In this document: in pieces, positions 13,668-27,600 of the stretch | How positions within the stretch are numbered: position 1 is the stretch's first letter | Layout: each line of letters opens with the position of its first letter | From: Lingula anatina | Taxonomy: Eukaryota > Animalia > Brachiopoda | Length of the DNA stretch: 64,000 nucleotides | Assembly: GCA_051362555.1 (NCBI GenBank) | Contig: CM120645.1 | Coordinates: 12,462,001 to 12,526,000 of the forward strand | Reading direction: 5' to 3' | Made by a program: the position numbers and the translations under genes | Notes under the pieces: model-generated | What the model was told of the DNA's origin: nothing | What the model saw: only the letters and a program-made list of their open reading frames with translations | The model's database searches: none

Positions 13668-16600
13668 CTGACAAAAATATCATGAGCCTGAGACTTGGGG
13701 CTACAAATGAGCAAAAAAATGATGGATGGATGACTGAAATTACAAAATTGTGGCCAAGGCCTAGCATGGGGTTCCATAGGGGAAAAATAAAATAGTGCAA
13801 AAAATACAGTCCTAATTACTTTTTAGAAGGCATTCATATGTTATACTGATAACAATAAGACATCAAAATAAAAATTGAAACATCAAACTGTTGCATGGCA
13901 TGGAAATAAAGCTGCATGGGCTTTGACTGGACAAAATTCCATCTCAGCTGAGACAAATATAAAAGAGAAAACAAAAAGTACTTATCTTGTGGTCACCTTC
14001 ATACAGGACAATACTCAAGAACTGACATTTATGTCCACAGCTAATTTAAAAAGAATCCCAAAAAAAAGTACCAGTCCCTTTGAAGTGAACCTCGCTGAAA
14101 GATTATGTTGCTTACCCCTGGTACATAGAGTCATCATAATTATTTAATAGTCTGACCCCTGATATGTAGATTTCTGCACCTGGCATTAAAATACAGGGGA
14201 GAACAATAAATTCAGAAACTCAAAAGGCAGTTTGCAATTGACAGAGGTCAGAGGTCACTGGTCAAAATTTGGGTGACAGACTTGCATATTTTTTTTTCAA
14301 AGTTACTAGCATGATCTGATCAGACTTTTGAATCTTTAATGAGTGTTTTTGATTACTTAACCATTATCTTTACTTTTCTTCTTTAAATTAGTCTATTTTA
14401 GTCATACTGATAGTTGTGATAAAAGTTTGAAAATCTGCACAAGTGTGACCTGATATATCAAAATATATGATCACAACACTAAAGTCAACAACAGACCTCC
14501 TTGCACCATCATACACAATGCTGACAAACATTCGCTTTTACCATTTACAGTAATTTTTTTTCAAAAAAATCTATCAAGCATAAGAAGTCCTAAAACACTG
14601 TATTCAATCCATCACTAGCGCTTGATCACCCAGGCAGCAAATACAACACGACATGTTATCAACAGTGAAGACCACGGTCAGTAAATTACAACTCCTCACC
14701 CTGAAAGTCCCACAGCTCTCCAATGACCATGAGATGATAAAGACGAAGGGGAGGAGTCATGTTTGACCCGTGGGATGCGGGGTGTATAGTGCTGAAGTTG
14801 TGTAGTTAATTCCAACATGGCCAGAAGCCCCCAGGTGCTTTATTTCATGTCAATTACAATTATCACTCGCAACCAAGTGATCACATCAGGACTAAAGGCA
14901 TGATGGGCTGATTTACCCTAGTATGAAGAGAAATGGTGAAACACTGTTTAATGACAAAAAAAATCTTGGTGCTTAAAATAATACTGCTGTCTTTTAAAAT
15001 TAAATTAAAATTTTTAGAATAATGACAACATTTTACATTCTGCCACAATGTGTTACTGTTGAAAAAAGTTGTTTGGACTGAATTATTAATAACAATACAT
15101 GCATGATAACCCTTTGCCTACAGTTAAAGGAGGCATTCTGCCCTATTGTTGACCACTAATATTGTGACATTAAGTAATTAGGCAATGGGCTATGTAGTTC
15201 TTGGGTTGTTTTACAAAATTAATACCAAACCTCACTAAAACTGCTCTACAATATAAAATCAATTGCTTTGGCCAAATAAAAAAAATACAAACACAAATTT
15301 TGTGTCATTGTTGTCAAATTATTTGTCTATTTATCCCATAAGTCAATATCTCAACCTTCAAGTGATTTGTAATTCAATTGATAAAAGCTCTGTCAGATCA
15401 AAGGGGTTTCTACGTCTTCTAATGGTAATGTTGTTTATCTACACCCAGTGGGGAGATGATCCAAATTCATTTATTCAATCCATCCCTATCAAAGTTCAGT
15501 CATTATTTCAATTCATCCTACAGTACACAAGTACAGCAGTCCAATTGTTCTCTTCTGGCAATTTGGGGAAAATAAAGCAGAATATTCACAAGGCCATAAA
15601 ATGGACTTAAAACTTTTATAAAGATATCGCTCATTTATTTTACATGTTGTATTCAATAGTCTTTCAGAGTAAATGTACAAGTATGTCACTGGTTGATAAT
15701 TACTAATTTGAATCTCTGACTTTTGGATGAAATAAATAAGAATTTTAATTAATTAAAACAGAATTTAAATTAGTTAAAGCAGACCCCCCTCCTCCTCCCT
15801 CCCCATAGCACTTTCTTATGCTTTTATGTTTATCATATATTCTCATTTCCCCGAAGTTATTACAAATGTGTCAATAGAAATATTATTTTAGCCAAAAGGT
15901 TTAACTTGTTAAACATCCCCAAAGAGGGCAGACACAAGTTTATACATGGAGTTGAAACCAGCCTATTATAACCTTGGTAATTGCAAATTCATGGACATCC
16001 ACAATAAAAAAAAACTAAAATCAATAAGAGAGTGAAGCCTGGCTCCCACTTTTTGACATTTCATTGAAGCACTATCACACAAATTCAATCTGCTTGACTG
16101 GGTTTTAGCAGCTTCTTCAAATTGGAATTCTCCAATCAACTGATCATGATCATGTCCCGGGAATCCAAATTGGAAAACTGCGGAGAGATAGCTTCAAATC
16201 TTTCCCATCTTCTGCCTACTTGAAATGAAATTCATGGTAATAAAAAGCAGCCGATACTGCCTCTACAGAGAAAAAGGAAAATTATCTGAAAACTACCTAA
16301 AAGTTTTATAAAAAATAGCCTAATGGCCCTGTTCACACAGTAAAAGTTTGGACTGCTGCAAAAGGTTCATGGTGTGTCTGGTTAATGGAAAATATCTAAC
16401 CCATCTTTTTTCTTGAAGTTGAAGAAAAACATAACTGAAAAAGAGCAGCGATATGAAGTGACAATAAAAAGACCTGTAGGTACATTTAAGACCCAAAGCA
16501 TCTCCTTTGTCTAACTTTCCTTTTACTTATTCATTTATTTATTTATTATATTTTGGTGGAAGGGGGGTTATAGTGATTACCCTCACATATATATATATAT

Positions 16601-19109
16601 TCAGTGTGCTGATCAAGGAATGTACCATATTTTACAGAAATAATTTGTAATCCAAGCCTATTTATGACCAAAAATCAAGTATAATTGCAACATTGAACAC
16701 ACAAGCTAAAACAAACTGACAAGATTGGCTGAGGGACCTCCTTGTGCTTATTCTTATTCTTTCCATACTGATATCATTTTGAAACTGCAAATTAAACTGG
16801 TCAGAAATTCAGGATAAATATTCTGAAATGGTATATCCACATGCAATCATGTAGAGTTTGAGATTAGAAGTACATTTTCATAAGTAAAAGCAAGCAGATA
16901 AAAAAGTGAATTAATTGTAACCAACGCATTATCTTCAGAATGATACTTCTGATCTTTGAATTCAGCAAGATTAAAGATATAGCACTCTTTTACTTTAGAA
17001 GAAATTAATATCTCCTTAACTATCCTGAGTCTTACTTAAATCAATATTTCAAAAGAATTTTAAAACCTACCTCTAAAAAACTGCTGCCCCACAAATTTTA
17101 CTCTCCGTCGAGAGCGAAACAAACTATCAACACAGTCAGAAATAGCAAAACCCACTCAAGACTATCGAATACCACCTATCAAATCGCAAGAACAATAACT
17201 AGGTCAACAAAGCGGCACAGCTAATCCCCTAATTACCACACCTTCATTCCCAAAGATCAAAGCCTTACCAGTCAGAAAATTCAACAATCTCAAGGGCCCC
17301 GCCTCTTGAAATATGAAAACAAAGAAAACATTGACGGAAAACAAGCATGTTTACCCATAACATGCTGTCATAACAAAATGGTATAGATTTCCTTAAAAAG
17401 GTGGGAGTCGGTAACACTGCATACAAATAATGCTGGAATTTTCTCCATCTACTGATCTATGAACTGGAAAAGTGTGGGAAGAGGCAATGATATATTTACT
17501 TTGTTACAATATTCTGACTTAAGTATTTATTTTATTCTAGTGGATAATCTTTTATTGAGTAACACACTGCCGACATCAGAGTGAATACAGTCAGCTTTTA
17601 AGCCTGGAAAATGAAAACAAGAGAAAAGTAAACAGCTATGAACAAATTATGGGTCAACACTGGGCAGAATATCGCTTGTTTGTTTTCATTTTTATATCAA
17701 ATAATCTCCTGTTTTACAGTGTACCTTGATTTAACTTTGCCGGTAAAATAACATGCTTAAATGTCAACAGCAAGATACAAACAGGTTGTCAATGGACTCG
17801 TGTAAATAGTCATATTTCTTGTCAAGTTGTGCCAGCTTTATTTTATGTAAACTCTCTGAAAACCTTGTTATTAAGATTAATAATCATAGGCATTAAATTT
17901 AATTTAATTAACAGCACATGAATGGTCTTCATGGCATTAGAATTGTAACCTAAGGTTAAAAGTTATCACACCCCTTATAAGATAAGAAAGTTTAATTAAG
18001 ACATGAGATTTACAAGTTGTCACATTTTTACTTGAAACGCAGCCTAAGATCTCATGACCAGGACATACTTATCAACCCCCAGGATGGGGGTTGGAAAGGA
18101 GGGGAGGGGAGGGGAGAGGGAGGGCAAGGTCATGTTCTACCAAACTCTGGAGCCCAGAATTATACCCTAGATAAATAAGACCTTGCAAAGTCTTTCCAGA
18201 CAAGAATATTTCCTATAAAGTGAAAATAATATAACATAATATAATTATCTATTCTTTCATTTCTTCACTTCTGTGTAAACGCAATAAACAGGTGTCTTCT
18301 TGCCAAACACAACCTGCAAAATCAAATTAGATGCATGGTTATTTCTATAATATATGTAAGATAAAACACAAATGGTGTTGTATGTTAATTGATGTGCCCT
18401 TGATCTCTGGCACAGGTGCAAAATAAATTATTAAGAGAAATCACCCCATCCATGAGAAATTATGAAAACTCCAATAAAATAATCACATTCTCTTGTTTCT
18501 TGGTAATAAGTGGTATTGCTTAAAAAATTATTTGAAATCTAGAAAAGAAAAATATGTACGAGTACCACAGCAAAAAAAAAAAAAAGAATATCTAACACTT
18601 TCAATAAAATGTGAGAAACTGTCATCTTAACAGTAATTTTTTATGTCCATTTACTAGTAGGTAAAATTAAAAATGATGGGAAAAAGAGTCACATTTCAAT
18701 ATCTCTAATGAGCCTGAAAATAGGTCCAAATTACAAGGAATAATACCACACCACGTCAATAAGAAACCACAATACAACAAGCACACAATGTAAACAATGA
18801 CCCCCTTGTGGATAGGGGCAAAAGGACATGTTGACATCGGCAGACAAAAAAGAATCCAACTTTGCGCAGCACATATACGTGGATTGAAAATCAATACTTT
18901 GTTTCTGAAGACTATTGGGGCATCAAACACTTGTTGTTTAGTCATTATCCTTTATATCCCGCACAGCTGTTGTGACTTTGCAAGTGCTGAAATAACTTTT
19001 CTCATGACTGCTACTAATGACACCATGAATATGTACTGGTACTGGACATTATTACAGATACAACATGCAATCTATGTAATGTAGGGCTTCATGCATGCAT
19101 GCAAGCCTT

Positions 19110-19146
19110 GGGGTGGTGATGGGGTGGGGTAGGGTGGGGTGGTGGT

Positions 19147-19179
<33 letters not shown>

Positions 19180-19444
19180 ATGGGGTGGGGTGGGGTGGTG
19201 GTGGGGTGGGGTGGGGTGGGGTGGGGTGGTAGTGGGGTGGTGATGGGGTGGGGTAGGGTGGGGTGGTGGTGGGGTAGGGTGGGGTGGGGTGGTGGTGGTG
19301 GTGATGGGGTGGGGTGGGGTGGTGGTGGGGTGGGGTGGTAGTGGGGTGGGGTGGGGTGGTGGTGGGGTGGGGTGGGGTGGGGTGGGGTGGTAGTGGGGTG
19401 GTGATGGGGTGGGGTGGGGTGGGGTGGGGTGGGGTGGGGTGGGG
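19110..19444 (+). repeat. G-rich simple repeat (GGGGT)n/(GGT)n, G-quadruplex-prone
   Basis: About 335 bp of GGGGT and GGT units with recurring GATGGGGT and AGTGGGGT variants. Confidence 0.95.
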
Positions 19445-20865
19445 CGATTAAGACCTGGGAGGGTACCACACAGAACCTCAAAAATGGTCATAAACTCTTC
19501 CCCTTAGATAAGATGCATTATACATTTCTCCATTTTGTTTGCAATGTTTTTTCACGTTTAAATTGCAAAATCGGTATCGCTGAATGAATTCATCATCATT
19601 TTGACACAACTTGGAAATTCAAGTGCAGGTGACAATAAGTCAGAGACTGACCAAGAGCAGGCAAAAATAAAAAAATCCCCAAACACATACTTTTGCATAA
19701 GATTTTACCCCCCCCCCCCCCCCCTTTAATGAAGCTAACAGATTGATTGAAAGTTGTACCCTTACTGATAATCATTTCTCTTCAGGTTTTGTTTCAGGCC
19801 ACACACCCCTATCCTCCCCCTCACACACACCTTATACAAGCCAGCATAAAATCTATAGGATATAGTGTAACCCCATCCCCACCTCCATCGCACCTCCCCC
19901 ACACCCTAGCAGGACCCAGTCTCATCAAAACTTCATTTCACATAAACTGAGCAAATAAATACAAAAACTTTTTTTTTTTTGCTTTTACCAATACTTGCTC
20001 TAACATTCTACATAAGATGATTTTCTAAGAATCTGTTTAATAAAATTACAAAATGATTAAAAGTAAAAAGTTAATAAGCAAAAATCATTACAGCAGATAT
20101 TTGTAATTTGTGGTGGATATTATCTAAGTGAATATATAAACTTTACCTTATAAACATTTAGTTTAACTGAGACAGTACTACCATAAACATACCATAAACA
20201 TTTAACCAATCAAAAAACTATTTTTATCCCAGTCTAAGTAACCATTATAGCTATAACTCATATCCAAGTCAAGAGAAACATCAACAACGACAATCTCACC
20301 AACTTTTCAAAATGTCAAAACCTTTTTAGTCCAGAAGGATTGGAATGTTTCTAAAATCAATCACTTGGTAACTTGATTAAGGCAGGCAATCAGATTCCCC
20401 AGAAAGAAAATACCTGTTTATTTTCATAGGGAATCACATTAATTGAATTCTTTTACTTGGTTTACCAGCAAATGGATGGAAATGAAATCTTCTTGTCAGA
20501 TAGATCAAGACCTTAATATTATTGATATTTTATAAAGCATCAATTTACAGTGCTTGGGTGAGAGCTTTGAGTGGTTTGTTCACTTAGAGGAACAGTTGAT
20601 GGGACTTTTGTTGTGGTGCCTCTCAAAAGCCACAAGAAACTGTCTTCAACTTTTAAGTAATGAAATTACTAGCCTGCTTTAAAGAAAAATAATTTTCACT
20701 AGAATGGAATTTGTGACATTTCAGTGTCTGATAATAGAGCAACAAGTTCATGGCTGCAATGTACCTAATCAACAAGTATGTGACATGTAGATCATATGTG
20801 TTCGCAGAGACTTATTATACAAGACACCAAAAAATGTGTTGTATGCCACATCTCTGTCAGATTAA

Positions 20866-21122
20866 GGCTGCGTTCAAATGAAAAATCTATTTTCTAAAAA
20901 TCTAAAAATCTATTTGCGGTATCTTGTGATCACGGTCTGTGCCCTGAATACCCTGCGGCGTAATTACTGGCAGCGCCGAGAATTAATTACAGCTTTGGAA
21001 GTAACAGGCTCACGCTGCCCGTAATTACGCCGTGAGGTATTCAGGGCACAGACTGTGATCACAAGATACCGCAAATAAATTTTTTGATTTTTAGAAAATA
21101 GATTTTTCATATGAGCGCAGCC
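20866..21122. mobile_element. Long-TIR MITE (GGCTGCG termini; Harbinger- or Kolobok-type), family 3
   Basis: Near-perfect inverted arms of about 110 bp around a short spacer, flanked by TTAA on both sides; related partial copy at 31050-32147. Confidence 0.85.
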
Positions 21123-22119
21123 TTAATCATATTGTCCATATTCGAACCACCTTAAATACAGTCCCAATACTACAATATTAGATAATATTTCATATGCACA
21201 ATATTGGTATTGTAAAAAAGCTGATAAATGACAACCATATAACCCTTATATACTGATCGAGGTTCTCAATAAAATTATAACGGATAAAAATGATGTTTTC
21301 TTCTTTAATTAATTTATGGACATCCAAATTACCAAGCATTTATGAATAATGTATAACATGCACGGCATCCAAATTTTTATGTAGCAGCTGAAAATTTTAT
21401 CTGAGCACAGATATTTTGCCTGTGTAAACAGACACAGTCTTCACATGCAATAGTTATTTCAGCTGAATATACTTCATTTAATATTAACCAATATCTTTAT
21501 GCATATGCATATTCACTGCACATGTCACACATATGCATGAGAATAATACACTTATGCAAATGCGAGTGAGAACAACACCAGAAGACATACACTGCTGTTG
21601 TACAAATACTGGCCGATTAATGAGAAAGTCTGGAGAATGATAATTTATATGGACAACCAAGCTGTCAAAACTGTGTTAGGTGAGATAAAACTAAATGCCA
21701 GTAGCTTCTGCCACATGCATTGTGCTCGCTTTAGTACAGTTAAATTAAACACATCTAACACAACAGTAGTGCCAGAAAACCATATCAAACGTTCTCCATC
21801 TTCCACGCACCTGTACATACTCAACGGCACAGCTAGGCTGAAGCAGACGACGAAACTGATGGCCTGCCCCCCCCCCCCTCCTCCCCCGCAATAGTCGCCA
21901 TTTTGATAGGATGACGAAAATTCATAATCGGATCCATAGAAGGTTCTTATGAGACTGGTAGCAAACTAGCAGCAGTAAAGTGCTACTGTTAACCTTTATT
22001 CATTGAAACTATAAATTATAACATTTTTTAAAAATCAAAATTGGAAAAAAAAAAGCAAAAGTTCATAAAATCGCTAAATATAACATTGGTGTTTCTGGAT
22101 AAATAAGTTAAAAACTCAC

Positions 22120-22270
22120 GTCGTCTCATAGCGTTGTTTCATTTTCTACAATCTCTTGCATGCTTTTAAAGCACATTGGACTGTGTGACTGTCCATTCTT
22201 GGCGACGATTCTTTTCGCTTTCTCTTCACGCACCTGTCGTGAGCAGAAGACACTGTAGATGGCGCTTTTG
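22120..22270 (-). other. Putative first exon of a large minus-strand gene
   Basis: Donor GAC|GTGAGT at 22119 within a CpG-rich island; YY1-like CGCCAT motifs (about 22257-64 and 21896-904); 5' end approximate, product unknown. Confidence 0.4.
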
Positions 22271-22515
22271 GAAGCGACGTCAAAAAAAATGGAATAGAGG
22301 CGTGTGTTACTTAACTGCTCTACTTTGGACATCAGATCCAATCGGTACCTCAATTACATTAGCACATACCAAGAAATTAGACAATTAATTTCCAATTCCT
22401 TCTACAAAGTTTGCTGTTATTTTGGACCTGAGCTTTAAACATAAGCAATCTACGGGAAAAAAAGGACCCCCCCCCCCCCCCATATTATCACGTGCACCGC
22501 GCGCGCGGCCAATAA
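22270..22515. promoter_or_regulatory. CpG-rich housekeeping-type promoter region
   Basis: CRE-like GACGTCA (22276-82), E-box CACGTG, (GC)n and CCAAT clustered at about 22489-22513, at the edge of the CpG-poor domain. Confidence 0.4.
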
Positions 22516-24526
22516 AACATTTTATGGTGGAATGTTCTCTATGCTGGGTTAGCCTATATCTCTCTATATCCCGAAATACTTATTCTCCGATTTATTTATT
22601 TTATTTTATTTTATTTTATTTTATTTTATTTTGACACCAAGTAAAACGAAGGTCTTTCTTTTCTTTCTCGTATTCTGAACTAATTTTTTCCTGTGGTTGA
22701 AAAATTACCTTTACTCCGATATTTCATTAACATAAAGCGAAGCTTCATTGCTCCAAAAGTTTACTAGACGAACATAACTGTTACCTGTTGGAAGGTCTAT
22801 TGTCCTGAAATTATAATCTCCCATTCTCCCTTTTCCCCCCTCCTTAGAGATTTTTATTAATGCTTTTACCACCGCACATGAAAAATGCAATACCGATTTA
22901 TCATTGCTCAAAAAGACAAGTACTAGGGCCTAAAGCCGCAGAAGAACTCGTGTAGAGTGGCGCAGAGATATTCAGAATCAGACTGACAGCCACATCTGTA
23001 TTGAATATAATTAAAATAATGAAAACATTAAGGAGGATAATGACCATCTTGCTGCTAAATCGGTAAAATGATAAGATCACGTTCAAAATCGGTAACTAAT
23101 TCAGGTGGCACTGACCAAACACAGGTGTCAATGGTCACTGACCAAACACGAATGTCACCTTATAAAGTTGTAAGCTTTATTAGGCCTAAATCAAAATGTG
23201 CTTCGTTATTTAAACAAGAGAAACATCTGATAACAAAAGCATCTCAATTTAGGCAGAGGTATCTACATGTATACTGATTTTCGAAAATGTCCCTGTCTTT
23301 GCACTTTTTTATTCCAAAAAGTTTCTCTCCAACTTCTTGTTTATTCCGAGTATGAGTAATCAAATTTGACTCGAGAACGGACAAACTGTCGTGCAGAGTG
23401 CAATACAAGGACTCAGTTCGCTGTTCCTGTGGCGTCCTATATTAGACCTGACTTCTTAACACATGGAGGTAGTGGTGGGGGAAACAACAAACATCTGGTG
23501 TTAATCACAATTTCTTATTTCCAGATATAAGTTCGTGATTTATATAATAATTTACCCTTCTGCGTCCAACCTGTATAGTAAAGATTCTACAATGTACTCC
23601 AAATTAAGTGAGGAAAATACTGTCTAAAGAGTTATCCCAATTAGCATTACATCTTTGCACATGTAATGCTAATTGTCTTTGTGATTTTTCACATCATGTT
23701 AAGCCTGCACAAAACTCACTAAAAATTAAATATAGCATCCCAATTTGTCCATTTTCTCTTTTTTATTACCTTATTAGTAAGGCATATAAACAATAACATA
23801 TATCAATAAATGGTAATAAAAATTAGGTGATTATCGTGGCAAGTTAATATATGGAATCTGGTATCAGGTATCCAATAGATCTTTTCATGTGGGGGTGGGG
23901 GATGGGATGGCTAGTTGCTCATGTATATAACTCTTTAACTAGTATTTTCCTAAGTTCAAATTGAGGTTTTAACTTTAAAAAAAGGAGAACGGCAAAAAAC
24001 CGGAACTATTTGGTTTAAACAGGAACCATATCTGGTTCTAACTGGATCCTTATGACTGGCACCTCAGATGCTGCCATATCTGTAACAGAATCAGTCATCT
24101 GTAGGACTAATTTACGGATTTAAATACAGTGTATGTGCATATATTCCTCATACACCGTTCATACAAATTATGTAGCGTTCGTAGATTCAGTAACTGAGGT
24201 ACCGTACGTGTATCTCACTAAATGAGCCAGGGCAGAACACTATACAATGGGACGAGTTCAGAAAAAGATTTTAACTTTTTTCTGTACCATCCTTTCTTTC
24301 TTTCTTTTTTAATTTCATTTCTTCTTTCTTACTAAGGCATAATGACGTCATAATTAGTCTATAATGACATGTAGTCAATCAAAACAAAGGTAACGACTGC
24401 AAAACTTCCACTCCTCGATAGGGAAGTCCTAGTTCTCGACCTTTCTTTGTTTCCTTGTCCAGAAACCGTGGCACGCTTCAAAAGCAGCCCTTCACGTGAT
24501 AGAGGCTACAGGCGATACCAGCGCGA

Positions 24527-24561
24527 TATAAAAAGACCTTGAGCAGCAATCCTCGTCATTT
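24527..24561 (+). promoter_or_regulatory. TATA box and Inr of Kazal-like gene A
   Basis: TATAAAAA at 24527 and TCATTT initiator about 30 bp downstream; both conserved in copy B. Confidence 0.7.
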
Positions 24562-24671
24562 GGAGATAGCCTGCCGAGCAGCCAAAACTTTTGTCTTAGA
24601 GCTGTACTGGGTGACAGGGAAACATCTCCCAGTATCAAGAAGTACCTGCTAGTACTCTGAAAAGGTCCACG

Positions 24672-27600
24672 ATGAAGTACATAATAGTGCTGGTTTTGTT
24701 GATCGGTAAGTGTAGTTCACAACTTCTGAAAAAACTTGGGTGTATTGCAGTAGTTTGAATCGGTGAGATGTGAAAGGTGTTCACGAGATAATGATTTCAA
24801 ACTCAAAATTGTGAAAAGCAATTTTAGTGGTAGATGAAGTTTGATGAAAAATGACCGAAAGAGTTGCACTGGTATCATATATGTTTCTCTCTTTCCCTCA
24901 ATTTGATCCTACGGCGAATGATTAATAAACTATTTCAATTTGTGCATAAGTTCAGCTCTGTATTTAGTCTAATAAGATGAATAGTGTATCTAAATCAGTT
25001 TTTTTTTATTGTGATTCGGTCGTTTTCTTTGTGTACTCAGTCTATAAAAGGTAGAACGATTTTTAAGTAAGAAAATGTTTACTGCCTGTTAAGACTGTTC
25101 TGCATTTGCACCAACATGCAGTCACTGCCAATATTGAAGCATACCATGAAATAACTACATATAAACTAGTGTGTAATACGTATCCTAAAACGTCAGTTAC
25201 CAGTGCCGGTATTTTTATATAAATGACACGACCTTCTTTGTGAATAACATTTAGTTATCCTGTTCATTGAACGTGTTTAATCGATTTAATTATTAGATTT
25301 TTTGTTAATATTTTAAGTCGCTACAGTGAAGTTATTATGCAGTGTTAAATGTACGAATTACACTTTTAGACAGGAGAGACTAAAGATTCCTATAGCGTTG
25401 TTTTGAACGCAACCAAGGATGTTATATATCTATGTAGTTAGAACAGCTGTTCTGTTGTAGCGTTGACTGATTACGTGTGCTTGTGAAGTAAAAAGAGGAT
25501 AAAGAACTGTTAGCTATGTGTCGCTTGCAGCTTTCAATAACACACCCTCTAATATTAGGGGTCTCTAAAATAGTATACAAAATTAAAGTATATGCGACAC
25601 AATCATTTTGTAACGGACCAGAAGCGCACCAAGTGGTCAGAGAGTAGGCCCCTACTAGTAACATCAGGTAACATGGGATCTTTGTTTGTATTCATGGCAT
25701 GCACGGTCTTAGACCTTGGGTCTGTTAATTTGTGCGGGTGTCACATCCTAACTGGGCGGCTTGGTCAAATAAGGCAGGTATAACCTACACGTTGTTTTTG
25801 TCGGTAAAACTATGTACAAAAAAGTAGAGGAAATATAGGAGAAAATTTTGGTGAAATGATTAGTTGTCTGAAAAAAATTTTTTTTCACTTTCTTCAAAAC
25901 TGTCAGTACATGGAATCTTGTTTACTGACTTCTTTGTATTTCGGTAACTTATGAAGTTTCGATAAAATTGATTAAACAAACAATCCAAAAATACCTTATT
26001 CGTCCTTCAGTGTTTTGCTTTTAAATGGAAAATTCGCAATGGAAAACTTCCAACTGCTGCAGAGTTTCCTCTTACGTACGTTCTATTTACATTCCCCGCG
26101 GCGATTGAATTATCTCGTGCCAAATGTACTGAAGGAACACGCCAAGAAACTCCTGATTCAAACCAGGCTTCTTTTATAAACCTAGGTGCCCAGATATATC
26201 TTATTTCCCGCATGCAACGCAAAGCAATTTTCGCAAGATTCCTAATTCAAAACACCTTCTCCAAATTATATAATTTATAAATAGAATCATACAAGTAAAT
26301 GAAAGCACCGATCTTTCTCCCATGAGCAGTCATCTTTGAGATCATTTTATATAAAAAATACTTAAAACAGATATGAGATATAAATTATACACTGGAATTT
26401 TTATTTCAACAGAAAACCATAGTAGTGTTTTCGCACTGCGCAAGCACTTACAAAACAAAAATATCTTTTGAACTATTTCAACCTGTGTGTACATGTAGGC
26501 CTACTCCACTAATAGAGATAACACTAAGCATGCCCATTTTACATAAGACTGGTTTATGTATAGGGCCTACTCGGTTTTAGGTAGGGGACAAATACCAGTA
26601 CGCTCTGTTTGGAAAATAAATAAAAGTCTTCAGCTCAATTTCATCCTTTTTTCCCTTTTATTCCAGTTCTTGAAGTTGCCCTGGCCAGACGTCCCGGGGG
26701 CCCTCGAGGTCGCCATGGAGATGATGATGATAGCGAAGGTCAAGGCCGTCGAGGTAGACATGGCGGGAGGCGCGGCAATAGACAACATAAGCCGCGTGGC
26801 TTAACCTGTGCTAATATTACTGAGACTGATTGTGACACCTTGCCGCCAATGCGCCTGTGTGATGACACAGGGTCCTATACCAACTGGTAATTCGTTTAGT
26901 AATATTTTGCCTTTATCCCGACTCTAGGAAGCGTTCACAACCAGTTCACAACGTACGCACTTGGATCCCTGTCTCCCACGCACGCCGTCCCAGCAGGGGC
27001 AGAGCAATCAAATCTCGGCACGATATCAAGTGGTTCGTGCCGTATTTGATCCGCGGACTAGTTGCCCGCGGATCAACTGGTGCTTAGTGGTGCAGTAACA
27101 CTCCCATTTTCCCTCCTCTGTAAATACATTGCCATCACCACAAGCTTCTGGGTATTTACATTGCCTCATATGTGTAACAGTTTACATGATCGTCACGCTG
27201 ATCTTCAGGGTGCTCACAATAAACAATAACTCTGTTCGCCGCTGTTCATTTTAATAATCAATGTGATCCTGTTACACTTTAATGTCACCCTGGGTTTATA
27301 AATGATATTCAAGTTTTGATGAATAATGGAACGCACGTTTGTTTCTTATTACACCTAGACTTTATCGTATTGTTTTGTCTCTCAAGGTGCGACTACATGA
27401 AGAGAGTGAAGTGTCCCCAGGGACTGCGCGGTAAACCCGAGGGCCTTTTCCCCTGCGACGAGGCCGGGGCGCCAATCCCAAAGACGAATCTCGGCCGAAG
27501 GAGGCACCTGAAGCTCCAGGCCAAGTGCGCCCGTGTCGCCGAGGAGGACTGCTCCACCCATCCCGGGCCGAAAATATGTGACAGCTCCGATAACAGCACC

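Noticed and set aside
16010-16240. Minus-strand frame with an in-frame TGA (possible selenocysteine) and a GHDHDQLIGEF stretch
   Set aside because: No recognisable homology, SECIS or matching splice sites; compatible with chance.
19072-19491. Pro/His-rich and Gly/Trp-rich ORFs
   Set aside because: They are translations of the (GGGGT)n repeat, open in several frames, with no supporting gene structure.
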